Assembly (NCBI RefSeq): GCF_963921235.1
Contig: NC_086097.1
Location: 130,202,001-130,266,000, forward strand
Direction of reading: 5' to 3'
Source of the DNA: Mobula hypostoma
Lineage: Eukaryota
Length of the DNA: 64,000 nucleotides
The notes under the pieces are model-generated. The model saw only the letters and a list, made by a program, of their open reading frames with translations, made no database searches and was not told the origin of the DNA. Position numbers and translations under genes: made by a program. Shown here in pieces: positions 51,061 to 63,630 of this stretch (the stretch's first letter is position 1; each line of letters begins with the position of its first letter).

Positions 51061-52060
51061 TGGGGATCAATATACTTGCAGGCATACTTACTAGAGCTAT
51101 TGAAGAGGGTTTAATCTAGCTTGGCAGGGGGATTGAACTAGAATGATGGTTAGAAGATGGGGTAATTGGTGTAAAGATAGATGCAGCATCTGGAGAGACT
51201 GTGAGGAAGGATAAGCTGTGGAAAGGGCTTAATTGCAGTCAGCTGGACATGTTGAAATGTGTCTATTTTAATGTGAGGAGTATCAGGAACAAGGGTAATA
51301 AACTTAACACATGGGTCGGTACGTGGATCTATGATATTGTGGCCATTACAGGTACTTGGATGTCATCAGGGCAGGAATGGTTGCTGGATATTCTGGAGTC
51401 AGATGTTTCAAAAGGGACAGGGAGATAGGTAAAAGAGGCGGGCGAGTAATTTGCAAATCAGGGATAATATCGCAGGTGCAGAAAGGGAAGACATCCTGGA
51501 AGGATTGTCTGCTGAATTAGTGTGGGTGGAGATCAGAAACAGAAAGAGAGTGATCACTTTATTCTATAGACTCCACAATAGCATCAAAGACACTGAGGTG
51601 CAGATCTGGAGACAGATTTAGGAAAGGTACAAAAATAGCAGGGTTATTGTCACTGGTGACTTCAATTCCCCTATATGGATTGGCACATCCTCAGTGAAAA
51701 AGGTTTAGATGGGGCAAAATTTATTAAGTGTGTCCAGGAATGATTCCTGACACAGTATGTAAATGGGCCAACTCGAGGAGAGGCTATACTGGATCTGGTA
51801 CTAGAAAATGAACCTAGTCAGGTGACAGGTCTCTTAATGAGTGAGCATTTCAAAGGCAGTGACCACAATTCCCTAATTTTTAACATAGCTTGGACAGGGC
51901 TAGGAGAAGACAATACGGGAAAGTATTTAATCATGTAGGGGGAATTATGATGCTATTGGGCAGGAACTTGGGAGCATAAATTGGGAATCTATATACTCAG
52001 GGAAATGCACAACACATATGTGGAGGTTGTTTAGGGTGCACTGGCAAGGGATTCTGACTT
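51060..52060 (+). mobile_element. CR1 ORF1 end plus APE domain, right part of the 38565 element
   Basis: GINILAGILTRAIEEGL (ORF1 end), then KCVYFNVRSIRNK, GDFNSP and SDHN. Confidence 0.8.
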
Positions 52061-52064
52061 GATG

Positions 52065-52340
52065 ATTAAGTTTGAACTGGATCTAGCAATAGAGTCATAC
52101 ATTAGCAGAGTGAACAGCAGTGGGCTGAGCATGCAGCCCTGGGGGTGTCTGTGCTCAGCGTGATGGAGCTAGAGATGCTTCTGCCAACACTAATGGACTG
52201 TGATCTTTCTGTTAGGGAGTCCGAGATCCAATTACAGAGAGAGGTGTTGAGACCCAATAAGAACAGTTTCCTCACCAGCTTCTGAGGGATGATCGTATTA
52301 AACGCCAAGCTGAAGTTGGCATGAGGAACCATTTTCCAGG
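52065..52340 (-). mobile_element. Rex1 RT fragment
   Basis: [24 protein letters not shown] motif. Confidence 0.8.
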
Positions 52341-53870
52341 TGGGCCAGAATGAGCAGACTGATTAGAGCGATAAATGATCGAGAAAGTGTCCAGTGTAGC
52401 AGGGGATCATAAGTCAATGGGGATGTCACCTAACATTTCATATTGAAAGGGAAAGTCGGTAAGAGGGCAGCACTTTCTCAGCACTGAACTAATGCATTGA
52501 CCTGGACTTTCCAGTTCATATCTTTAGAGTAGGAATTATGACAACGATCATCCAACCCTTTGGCTGAACACTAGCTGCTGATGTTGCAATTGGTGCCTTA
52601 TTCTTTGAGCTTTGTAATGCAGTAACCTGACCCAGTGTCATGATGTCACTTCAGCTCAGGTGGAACTCCCAAAGCTTACCATTTATTGTTTTGGTACAAC
52701 TCTGGAGTGAAACAGTAAGGTATCCAATCACCAGCAGAGACCAAGGAATGAGGAAATAGCCTTCCTCCTTGATCAGTGGACTGGGGGATTGTATTTATAA
52801 CTCTCAGACTCTATAGCAGTAGGTAAATCGGTGTTTAAGTTATCATCAATATCACTATATCAGGATATAGCACAGTAGTTCATACCTAAGTTGTAAGTTA
52901 GGTTATACAAGGTGACCCACAGTGTGGGGAAATGCAGTGCATTCATATTTTTTTTAATTACTAAAATCCATATACACCATGTCTAATGTTCTACTTTGAT
53001 CAATTTGTTTTGTTATTTCCCCCCAAAAAAGCCAATCATGACATGGCCCTCAGAAAGCCATACTGACAATCCCTAATCAGACTGTACTTCTCTGAATTCT
53101 TGTAAATCCCATCTCTAAGAATCCTCCCAAGTAGTTTTCCCACCACTCATGTAAGTAAGACTCACTAATCTATCTTCTTATTTAAAGTGTTCAAAACTGA
53201 TTTTGCACCCAAGTTGGGCGATTGTCCTGATTCACCAGGCCTTTCTGTTTCATGGTGTTAAATCATGAAACAAGATGCTTTATTGAGATACCATGTATAT
53301 GCAAAACATGGAAGCAGGGAGTGATTGTGGATTAACAGTTCTCTTTCTGGTAGTTTTAAGTAATTTTAACTATTGTAGTTTATCAAAATTGCCACTGGAT
53401 GCCACTGTTGCCCCCTCTCTCAGGAAAAGTGAAAACTTGGAAATACTCAAGAGTTCTGTTGAAGAATCATTATGATTAATTTGTTTCTCTTTCCATGGAT
53501 GCTGCCTCATCTGATAAATATCCCCAGCATTTTCTATTTGACTTCAGATTTCCAGTGTGGTTGAATTGCAGATTAGAGATGTATAGAAGAGCAAGCAGAG
53601 AAAAGGCGTAAGGGGAAATGGAAACTCTGAGCAGTGTAGATGAGGAGATGTAAAGCAGTAATACTATTGTAGACCAGTTTGGTAGAACGAACGTATTCTG
53701 GGCATCAGACCATTTGTAGTGGGTGGATTTCTGCTGCTTTCTGCTTCTCTTAGGTCCCACATCATTTCCTAATCTGTCATGTTGTTAACTTACTACAAGA
53801 TCACGAGGACCAAATGAAATCGGAGGAAGGCACACAAATAGCAATTTTAAGTAAACAGCAACAAAACAGT

Positions 53871-54000
53871 GGGTCAGGCAGCATCTGTGGAGGGAAACGG
53901 ACAGTCAACTTCTTCTGTCCATTTCTCTTCACAGGTTCTGACTGACCCATTGAGTTCCTCCAGCATTTTGTGTTGCTCCAGATTCTAGCATCTGTAGCCC
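53871..54000. repeat. Old fold-back of a Penelope-like terminal repeat (ribozyme cores absent)
   Basis: Inverted arms 53871-53904 and 53915-53948 (28/34 complementary). Confidence 0.7.
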
Positions 54001-54319
54001 CATGTGCCTTAATTATATGTCTGTACTTATAAAGATCACAAAGTAAATCTGATTCAGAGAATTTAATGCTATATGTACTATAAACCCACATTGTGAACTC
54101 TGACCCTATTAAACCACAAACTAAGTAGTATCTTCAACTCAGGTATATGCCAATTAATCTAATTGATTTCCCTTGGCTTTTACCGTGGAGATGATTCCCA
54201 AGCTCACCTTTGTCTAACCTTACTACTATAACCCTCTGTTTGTTCTTCCATAATGGGTTAACTCAAGTTCAACTGCAATGTATAGCTGATAATTGGCACA
54301 ACTACTACTCATGTATTAC

Positions 54320-54900
54320 TCATAGTCATAGAGCAATACAGCACAGAAACAGGCCCTGTGTTCCATCTAGTCCATGCCAAACTATTATTCTACTTAGCCC
54401 CAGTGACCTGCACCATCAATACGCCTCCCATTCATGTACCTACCCAAATTTCTCTTAATTATCAAAAGATAACCTGCATTACCACTTCTGGTGGCAGCTT
54501 GTTCTACCCTCTCACCAGCCTCTGAGTGAAAAAGTTCTCCCTCATGTTCTCCTTAAACATTTCACCTTTCACCCTTAACTCATACTAGTTCTCAGTGGAA
54601 AAAGCCTGCTTGCATTTACCCTGTCTATACCCCCTACCCCTCATAATTTTGTGCGCCTCTATCAGATCTCCTCTCACTCTCATACAGTCTAGAGAATGAA
54701 GTCCAAACTTATTCAGCCTTCCCCTACAAGTCAGGTCCTCAAGTCCTGGCAACATCCTTGTAAATTTTCTCTGCACTCTTTCAATCTTATTGATATTTTT
54801 CCTGTAGGTAGGTGACCAGACATGCACACAATATTCCAAATTAGGCTTCACCAGCATCTTATACAACTTCAACATAACATCCCAGCTCTTGAGCTCAATA
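54320..54900 (-). mobile_element. CR1 3' fragment
   Basis: LVKPNLEYCVHVWSP..ERVQRKFTRMLPGL motif. Confidence 0.85.
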
Positions 54901-55388
54901 AACCCTTTTCATTTCCACTTTGTTCATGAAGACATTTATTTTCCTGGGTTTATCAGTGGTCATCCTGTATTACAGGTAATTTTCAACACCCAACCAGTGA
55001 AACTATCTTTTCTCTGTTCACCCCAGCAGCACTTCCACAATCCTAAAGATCTGTATTACTTCATCTATCAGTCTTCTATATTTCCTTTTTGTGAAAAATT
55101 AACTATTTTAAAAATAGTTTGAGTGGTACCATGTGTTATGAATGTCCATCAGTGAGGGGGTGATGCTTACAGAAGCATCAGGCTGTATGGAAAAGAGCCA
55201 CCAGGCGGCAACACATACCTATGTGTCACTGCATTGCCTTCCTTGAATTGGTTTTATTCATTTTATTCTTTTATTTAGAGATACAGCATGGTAACACTAC
55301 CTGCTGGTCCAATGAGCCCGGCTACCCAAAATACATCCAAGCGACCAATTAAACTACAAAGCACTTTATACCTAATTTTTAAAAATTT

Positions 55389-55666
55389 CAGTAAAAACCC
55401 AATAATCCAGTATCCAACCATTTGGAAACCCCAATGGCTCAGTGTCTGGCTCACATTTCCTGTGCTCTCCTGAAACTCACAAGGGTCCAAGTTCTAGTGT
55501 GCTCTTAAGACCTATTGTATCCACAAGCAATTTATTTAATACTGTGTGACATCTAACATAAAATGAATTTGAAGTGCATTGGTATATTAACATCCAATAG
55601 TCTGAAAAATCTGCCAACACATCATCATCAAACTTTTAAGTGTGCTGGATCGTTGGAGTTTTACTG
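55389..55666. mobile_element. Possible Tigger-like MITE
   Basis: Degenerate TIRs CAGTAAAAACCCAATAATCCAG / CTGGATCGTTGGAGTTTTACTG, with TA after the right end. Confidence 0.5.
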
Positions 55667-55869
55667 TAATGGAAGTGCAACATTTTATTCAGAGATTTTA
55701 TATTGCTTAGCGGAAACTCTATAAATCAGAATGTATCACACAGAGGTGCTTTTTGTATCCACTGCTCCTGCATTTTCTCCATTTGTTTGCCTTATTCTAT
55801 CCTCCTGGACTTGCAGTGGAGGTCTGATCTGTCATCTAACAGTGAATGGCAACACCTTATAATGTGACT

Positions 55870-56300
55870 GTGTAACCTCCAACTGGAATATTGATTTCTC
55901 CTTCTGTTAAAAAAAAATCCTTCCCTCACCCCCTTTTTCTATTCCCCAGTGTGGCCTCTCACTTCTTCTCACCTACCTATCATGTCCCCCCACCCCGTGC
56001 CCCTCCTCCTTCCCTTTCTCCTATAGTCCACTCTCCTCTCCTATCGGATTCCCTCATCTCCAGGCCTTTACCTTTCCCACTCACCTGGTTTCACCTATCC
56101 CATTCTAGCTAGCCTCCTTCCCCTCCCCCCACCTTTTTATTCTGATGTCTTCTCCTTTCCTTTCCAGTCCCGAAGAAGGGTCTTGGGCCAAAACGTCAAT
56201 GGTTTGTTCATTTCCATGGATGCTGTCCATCCTGCCGAGTTCCTCTAACATTTTGTGCATGTTGCTCTGGGCTTCCAGCATCTTCAGAATCTCTTGTGTT
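55870..56300 (+). mobile_element. Penelope-like 3' region with decayed hammerhead (56166-56200)
   Basis: Pyrimidine-rich tract homologous to 21120-21420, then AGTC-CCGAAGA-AGGGTCTTGGGCC-AAAA-CGTC. Confidence 0.75.
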
Positions 56301-56885
56301 TATGATTGCATCATAATCTGGTATGGAAACACTAATGCCCCATACTGGAAAAGCCTAAAAAAGTGATGGAGACAGCGCAGTTCATCACAGTCAAAAGTCT
56401 TCTCACAACTGAGCACATCTGCAAGAAGTGCAACCAAAAGAATGCAGCATCCATCATCAAGGATGCCCCCATCCAGTCCATGCTCTTTTCTCACTGCAGC
56501 CATTCTTTAGGGGGTACAGGAGCTTTTTTTCCCACACCACCAGGTTCAGGAACTGTTGTTACCCTTCAACCATCAGGCTCCAACAGGCTCATGGATAACT
56601 TTATTCATCTCTATTCCTTACTGACTCAACAACCTATAGACTCACTTTAGGACACTACAACTCCTGTTTTCAGTATTTTTTTTGTTTCCTTGTTAGTCAT
56701 TTTTTGTATTTGCACAGATTATCTTCTTTTGCACATTGGTTGTTTGTCAGTCATTGTTTGTGTGTGGTTGTTCATTGATTCTATTGTATTTCTTTGTTCC
56801 ACTGTGAATGCTTGCAAGAAATCAAATCTCAGTGTAGTATATAGTGACATATACGTACTTTGATAATAAATCTACTTTGAACTTT
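56301..56885 (+). mobile_element. Rex1-like 3' fragment
   Basis: CIIIWYGN..AASIIKD motifs and a tail ending ACTTTGAACTTTG. Confidence 0.7.
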
Positions 56886-58129
56886 GGCCTACTCATACAC
56901 TCATAGTTTTCTTTGTTTAGGTGTGCAAACAATGTTTCAAATTGAAATAACTCATGTTCTACATTTAAACAAATTTCTGTCATAATCATTATTTCTTTTT
57001 CCTAAAGTTCACCAAACTGCAAGATTATCAATGAACTCTTTCTCTGTGCACAAAACTAGATCTGAAATGTCTATTCTTTAATTGGTTTCTCAACCTCTTG
57101 ACTTTATACACAGAGTTCTACAATCTTACTTAAGGCTGCCATGATTAACATATTGCACTAGTCACACATGCCTCTTCTTTGCCCTACTGTTTGAGAGACA
57201 AAAGACAAAATTGCAACAATATTTTTTAGCTTTTGCTCCGCCCAAATTATTCTACTTCTTGGTTTTCCAAACTATGATAATTTCTCATTTCTCTCCACTG
57301 TGATTACCCCATTCTTTATTATGAACAACAACAACAACAGCAACCATTGTCATCAACCACAAATTATACTTGGAGCCTGTGAAGCCACATGCATGAATTC
57401 AGATTGGAAAAATAGGTGGGCCCTCTCTCAGACAATACCAAAGCAGTTTGTATGTGGGGCAGTAGTTTGTCAGCAGAATAGCGAATGGCAAGGAACTTTT
57501 GGAATACTTGCATTCCCCCAAAAATGTTGGAAGCACCACAGGTTACGTGCAATACACAACTTAATATTTGTTATTCTTTGTTCAACCATTTTAAAGGTCT
57601 TTGACTCTGAAATTGTTTCACACAGTGGATCACTTAGTTTTTATTTCAGAACACATTGGGCTAGATTTTGTGGTCAGCTTTGTGAGAGTAAATCAAACCT
57701 TTGCCCTCTAAGATTCTGCATTAGAACTTGATGTTGTTAGGAAGGCACTTTTACACAGGGAGTACTATGGATTGCCTAGAACCAGTATGAATGCTGCAAA
57801 AAAATGGGCTTTATCCATAACCAACAAAACTGAGCTAACTGCATCTGATCAATCTGATGCAGTCAATCAAGTGTCCAATCTTTTAGGACGCTTAATTCAG
57901 GAAAAATGTATGTGCAGCAAGTGATATAACAGAGGGGTGAGGGCCCGATTAGAGAGAGTAATAAGATATAAAAATAATTGATGAAAAAGTTGATTAGTTC
58001 TGATAAAGGGTCTCAGCCTGAAACATTGCTTGTTTATTTATTTCCGTAGATGCTTGCCTGATCTGCGTTCCTCCACTGTTTTGGGTGTGTTGCCATGAAA
58101 AAGTTGATATTTTATTAGAGCCAAAGTGT

Positions 58130-58480
58130 CATAAAACACTACAGCACAGAAACAGGACCTTTGGCCCATCTAGTCCATGCCAAACGATTATTCAGTATAG
58201 TCCTATTAACCTGCAACTGGGCCATAGCCCTCCATACCCTTCGCATTCATGTACTTATCAAATTTTTTTTAAATGTTGAATTGAACCTGAATCCACCACT
58301 TCTGCTGGCAGCTCGTTCCACACTCTCAACACCCTCTGAGTGAAGACGTTCATCTCAGTTATTTCACTTTTCACCATTAACCCCTGATCTCAATGAGATT
58401 TACATGAGATCCTAGTCTCACCCGACCTCAGTGGAAGAAGTATGCTTGCATCTACCCTATCTGTACTCCTCAATAACATT
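58130..58480 (-). mobile_element. CR1 3' UTR fragment
   Basis: Homologous to 16345-16715 and 54320-54640. Confidence 0.6.
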
Positions 58481-58998
58481 TTAGAAACATCAAATGATAG
58501 TTAAAATTTAAAGGGATAATCTTCTACATTTGCAAAAGAAAATAAGGTTGGAAATATTGTAATGGTAGTTTGGATCTTTCTTTCAGGAATTATGTTGACA
58601 CTGAATTCTGATATGCATTCTGGTGAGTTGAGTGCCTCTTATTTTCAGCCACCTCTGGGTATATGAATCCAGCACTGTTATGCCATGATTTATGGGAGAA
58701 CTGAGAAGCTCGAACATGCAAATTCCAAATTCCTGTACTTAGCCGTCCTTCCATAGTTACTCAAAGCTGTCTTCTGATTAACACTCTAATAATGAAAAGC
58801 ACTGAGAGTCAGAATCCCAAGGTGTTGAAGAGAATTATGGAGGAAACAACAGAGGCTCTGAATGTATCATCTAACACGTGAAAGAGCAGAAGAATTAAGG
58901 ATTTCATCTTTGGTGCCATCATTTAAAATGGAAGTGCATGATAGATTATTTAAATATAGGTCAGTACATGTCTGAGGTTGAGGGATAACCTTATAGTG

Positions 58999-59078
58999 CA
59001 GGGGTTTCCAACATTTTTTATGCCATGGACCAATGTCATTAAGCAAGGGGTCCACAGATCCCAAATTGGGAACCCCTG
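58999..59078. mobile_element. 80-bp hAT MITE inserted in a CR1 3' fragment (58970-59440)
   Basis: TIRs CAGGGGTTTCCAA / TTGGGAACCCCTG. 8-bp TSD TTATAGTG / TTATAGAG at 58991-58998 and 59079-59086. Confidence 0.85.
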
Positions 59079-59759
59079 TTATAGAGCTCATAAAATCATG
59101 AGGGGTGTACGTAAAATGGATATCTCCACCCCTCCCCCCCCCCCCATGGTAGGGCAGCTTAAAGCTAAAGAGCATAGATTCAAGGTGAAAGGGGAAAGAT
59201 TTAGACCTGAAGGGCAAGCTTCTCATAGAGGGCGGTAAGTATATGTAAAGAACTGCCAAAGGAAGCTGCAGCGGTAGGTTTAAAGCCATTTAAAAGATAT
59301 TTGGACAAGTACATGGATAGGAAAGGTTTAGAATGATATGGCCCAAATGCCGGCAAATAGGGCTACCTCAGACAGGCAACTTGGTCAGTGGATGCATTGG
59401 ACTGACGGTTCTGTTTCCAACTGATTCACTCTATGACCTGTTGGCTCTAACATTGTGGATGGGACAAGTTACAGGAACATTTCTGAAGGAGAGGATTAAT
59501 GATCATTCAGAAAGGCTTGGAGAAATCAAGAACATTTAGCTTGGATACCTTACTAAGTCAATTGATAGTTTTGGAATTGCATGTGAAATTATAAGAACAC
59601 AAGAGCAAGGAAATAAGAGAAAAAGTAAGCCACTTTTCTCCTGAAGCCTGTCCCACCAGGAAGGAAAGGAAAAAGGGGTTTATCCAAACCTGTTGTTTAA
59701 TGTTAACTCCAAATATTTAGACCAAAAAATGAGGTGCTGTTCCTTAATCCTCCACTGAG

Positions 59760-60262
59760 GCTCTACAGTGGGTAGTCAAACCTGTCCAGTGCATTACTAG
59801 CACCAGCTTACCCTGCCATATATACAGAAAGATGCCAGAAAAAGACCAGCAATATCAAGAAGGATCCCACCCACCCTGCTCATGTTCCACTCCCTTCAAG
59901 GAGGAGGCTATGTCACATCCACACCAGGATCACCAGACTCAAAAACAGTTATTTCTCCCAAGCAGTAAGGCTGATCAACATCTCCATCCACAAACCCATC
60001 CCACCACAACCCCTACTACCACGACTTTATCATTTCCTGTCAGAGTCACTTCATGTACAGACTCCCCTGTGTCTAGCACTCATATACAATCAATCCATGT
60101 ATATAAGCTGTCTTATGTATTTATATTTATTGTGCTTTGTATTATTCTGCTCTTTATCTTACTGTGTTTTCTGTACTAAATCAGATCTGGAGTAACAATT
60201 ATTTTGTTCTCCTTTACACTTGCCTACTGGAAATGACATTAAACAATCTTGAATCTTGAATC
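59760..60262 (+). mobile_element. Rex1-like 3' fragment
   Basis: KDPTHPAH-like motif, then ATTAAA and a (TCTTGAA)n tail. Confidence 0.7.
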
Positions 60263-62338
60263 TACTAGAGAAATCAAATATAGACTGGGTGATTGCTTTG
60301 CAGAATATCTCTAGTGAGATCTGAGCCCAAGTCCGGGTCATAGGGCTATGAACCCAATGACAAAGGCCTTGTTACCACTCTCTTACATTTTACAGATCTG
60401 TATGTGTCCTGAAATTATCTACTTTTAATCAATAAAACCATTTGAAACATTGCCCAGGATTGTGTCTCAAAGCTGTTGAGACTGCAAAAGTGTCGGTGTA
60501 CTGTAGTTAGACATTGTGAAGTATGGAAATACTTGGACATTGATGGGAGAGACTTCTATTAAAAATGACATTTCCTCTGTAACTGGGGGAATATCTGTCT
60601 GACCTGAAAGGTTTAACCGCAGACTTTTTCCTTGCAAACAAAAATTGGGAGAAGGTGGAACATGATTGAAAACTACTCTTTTGTTACCCTTCTCTTTGTC
60701 CTTACCATGATTATAAAAACTTTTAGGTGCTGATCCATATGAAATACCCCTGCTGCAAGACCATTCAAGTATAGCTGTGGCATCAACATGAAGGTATACA
60801 GTTTCCAAATAATCCCGGCGAATTGAGTCTTTTCTCTGTCATTAGGTGAAAGACATGCAGAGAAACCGTGGCAGCTAAAGAGGTGAGATACATCTCTTTT
60901 ATTCACACAGGATGCTGAAAGGGGGAGAAAAATGCCTTCACTTACCGCACCACCCTCGTCTGATCATTAAACCTCTTCCTGTACTATGTGGCAGCCTGCG
61001 AGAGGTAAAGGCTGCAGTGATCTTTTCTTGCATCACCCTATAGAACATCACACCTATCTTGTCATGGGACTTTCTGTCTTCAGGCACCAGAGACTGTACT
61101 CAGCGTTTTTTTTAATGAAGCAGAGAATCTTAGTATGAACACATTCCCTGCTCCTCCAACACTCAACCTAATGCAAACTAATCTGCATTGTGGACTACAG
61201 CCAAATTTCTGAAGGTGGCTCACAGAAGTGACAATCAAATAACGTAAATCCAACCAGCAGTTCAAGGTTTAGTGCCGAAGAAATTGGTTTACTATTATCA
61301 CACATACTGAGGTGTAGTGGAAGACTTAGCTCTGCATGCCACCCATAGAGATCATTTCACCGCATCAGTACATTGAGACAGTACAAGGGAAGAGTGGTAC
61401 AGAACACAGATCAAGTGATGAAAAGCCAAGTCAAAGAGGAATGCCTAAAAATTTGATGGAAAGGGATGTTTTATTCAGCACTGTGAGTTTCTAGTTTGAG
61501 GTCATTAAGAACAGAAGGGTAGGTTCTGTAATAGATGAGTAAAAATGCTCAGCATAGATACGATGGGCAGAAAGGCCTGCTACGGCGTTATCTGAATGTC
61601 TGACCCTATGATTAAACATTTGAATATCATGAAAGCTGACTGCTCTTCCTCTTGTGAGACAACTGCCTTGCCAGCTTGTCTCTGTGCATGCTATCCCATT
61701 TAACTGTGCAACAGAAGCACCCCCTCCCCACAGCAAGTGCTGCATCAGCTCCCACTGTTACACTGTCTGCCTGCACTGCACTTCCTCCGTAACTCCAACA
61801 CTGTATTTCATATTTTGCTTTCCATTTTACTACCCGGATATATATGGAATATATGGAATGATCTGCCTTAATGGAATGCCATTTAAAGTTTTACACTGTA
61901 CATTGGTAAATAAACTGAAACCCTGTACCACTCTCACTGTAAGAAGTGGTGTCCTGTTCCCTCATCACTCTTCCTCCTCAAATTCTCAGCTGCCTGGGAC
62001 TGCAGAGCACTGCTGATGTATCAAATATGCAGATAAACCAAGTACCACCCCATCCTGTGCACTGATTGGCTGCCTGGCCTCTGACAAGGAGGACTGGGCT
62101 GCAGACTGGATACCACCGACAGGTTTCATCTCAATCATGGAATAACTCCGGCATAGATGGAGGCCATTAAGCCAATTGACTCTGTACAGCTTCACACCAG
62201 AACAATCCAGCCAGTACCATTCCTTCACTTTCCCCAGATTTATGTTTTTTTCCCTTTCAGGGGCAAAGTCAGCTCCATTCTGAATGCTACAATTGAATGT
62301 ACCTTCACTCCAGTGCATTTCAGACCTGCTCTGTCTAA

Positions 62339-63089
62339 AGGCTGACTTATACTTTTGTGTCAAATGTACGCCGTAGGTACGGCATAGCCGCGAACCCTAC
62401 GCTGTACTCTACGCCGAACCCCACGCCGTAGCCTAACGTGCACCTCTCCCAAAGTGTAACTACGAGTCGCGGCATCGCAGACCGCAACAACTGTGATTGG
62501 TCCGCTTGGTAGCATCGCATTTCCTCCTACACTGCAATAGCTTCCCATTGGGCGACTGAAGGGCAGGGGAGGAACTCTGGCTGCAATGCTTTCCATAAAG
62601 CTTTACAGACCTCCAAAATCATGGAGGACCCTGTGCTTGATGCCAGTTTGTAGCTAGCTGCTACAGCTTGTTGACTTCCACTTGAAACTAAAACTCAAAT
62701 GGTGATTGCCAGTCTCTGAGTATACTGTGTGTACACTGATGCGAAATAAATGGTTGGAGACGATGAACCAAATCGTCAAATCTACCTGCCGACATCCGAA
62801 AATATTTGAAATGCATTTCCTCGTCCATGTCTCTCAGTGGCCGGACAAGCACAGAAAATTCACAGACAGTTTCAGTCACCATTGTTTGAAGTTTGAGTTT
62901 CTTCATGTTGAGTTTCAGCACGAAGAAACTCAACACAGTGGCATAGAAACCCCACCGCCAACTAGTACTTTGGCAGTGAATTGCAGAGAGACGCAGACAC
63001 ACCAACGCACAAGTATAAATGCTCACAACGGCGTAGCCCACTTGCGTAAGTTAGAGCGCAAGCTAGTATGCACAAGTATAAATCAGCCT
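62339..63089 (-). mobile_element. Internally deleted PIF/Harbinger DNA transposon
   Basis: TIRs AGGCTGACTTATACTT / AAGTATAAATCAGCCT (15/16). 3-bp TSD TAA / TAG. Harbinger nuclease N-terminal remnant [23 protein letters not shown]. Confidence 0.85.
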
Positions 63090-63552
63090 TAGGACTGCAA
63101 GAAACTGAAGAGAGTGGTGAATACAGCACCAGTTCATCTTGCAAACCAATCTCTCCTCCATTGACTCTATCAACAGTTTCACTGTTTTGAGAAAGCAGCT
63201 ATCATAACAAGCACCATTTCCACCTCAGTCATTCTCTCCTGTCCCCTCTCCTGTTGAGCAGAAGATACAAAAGCCCAAGAGCATGTTCCACCAGGCTCAA
63301 AGAAAGCATCTATAACACTGTGAGAAGGAAACTTTATTTGCAAAATGATGAACTCTTGGTCTGCTAATCTACCCTGTCATGACCATCATACCTTATTTGT
63401 CTATCTGCACTGCACTTTCTTGGTAACTGCAACTATATCTTTTATTTTTTATTTAGAGGTACAGCACGGAACAAGTCTTTCTGCCCAATGAGCCACATTG
63501 CCCAGAAACCCATCTAAATAACTCTAGTCTAATCACAGGATAATTTATAATG

Positions 63553-63573
63553 ATCTCTTTCTCTCTCTCTCTC

Positions 63574-63610
<37 letters not shown>

Positions 63611-63630
63611 ATATATATCCATATATATGG
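63553..63630. repeat. (CT)n/(AT)n microsatellite
   Basis: Directly visible dinucleotide runs. Confidence 0.95.

Noticed and set aside
60467..60906. Minus-strand ORFs as possible NFATC1 terminal exons
   Set aside because: No resemblance to recalled NFATC1 C-terminal sequence and no convincing exon structure.
62688..63041. Possible HARBI1 host gene
   Set aside because: Only a short N-terminal remnant between TIRs, with no catalytic DDE region.
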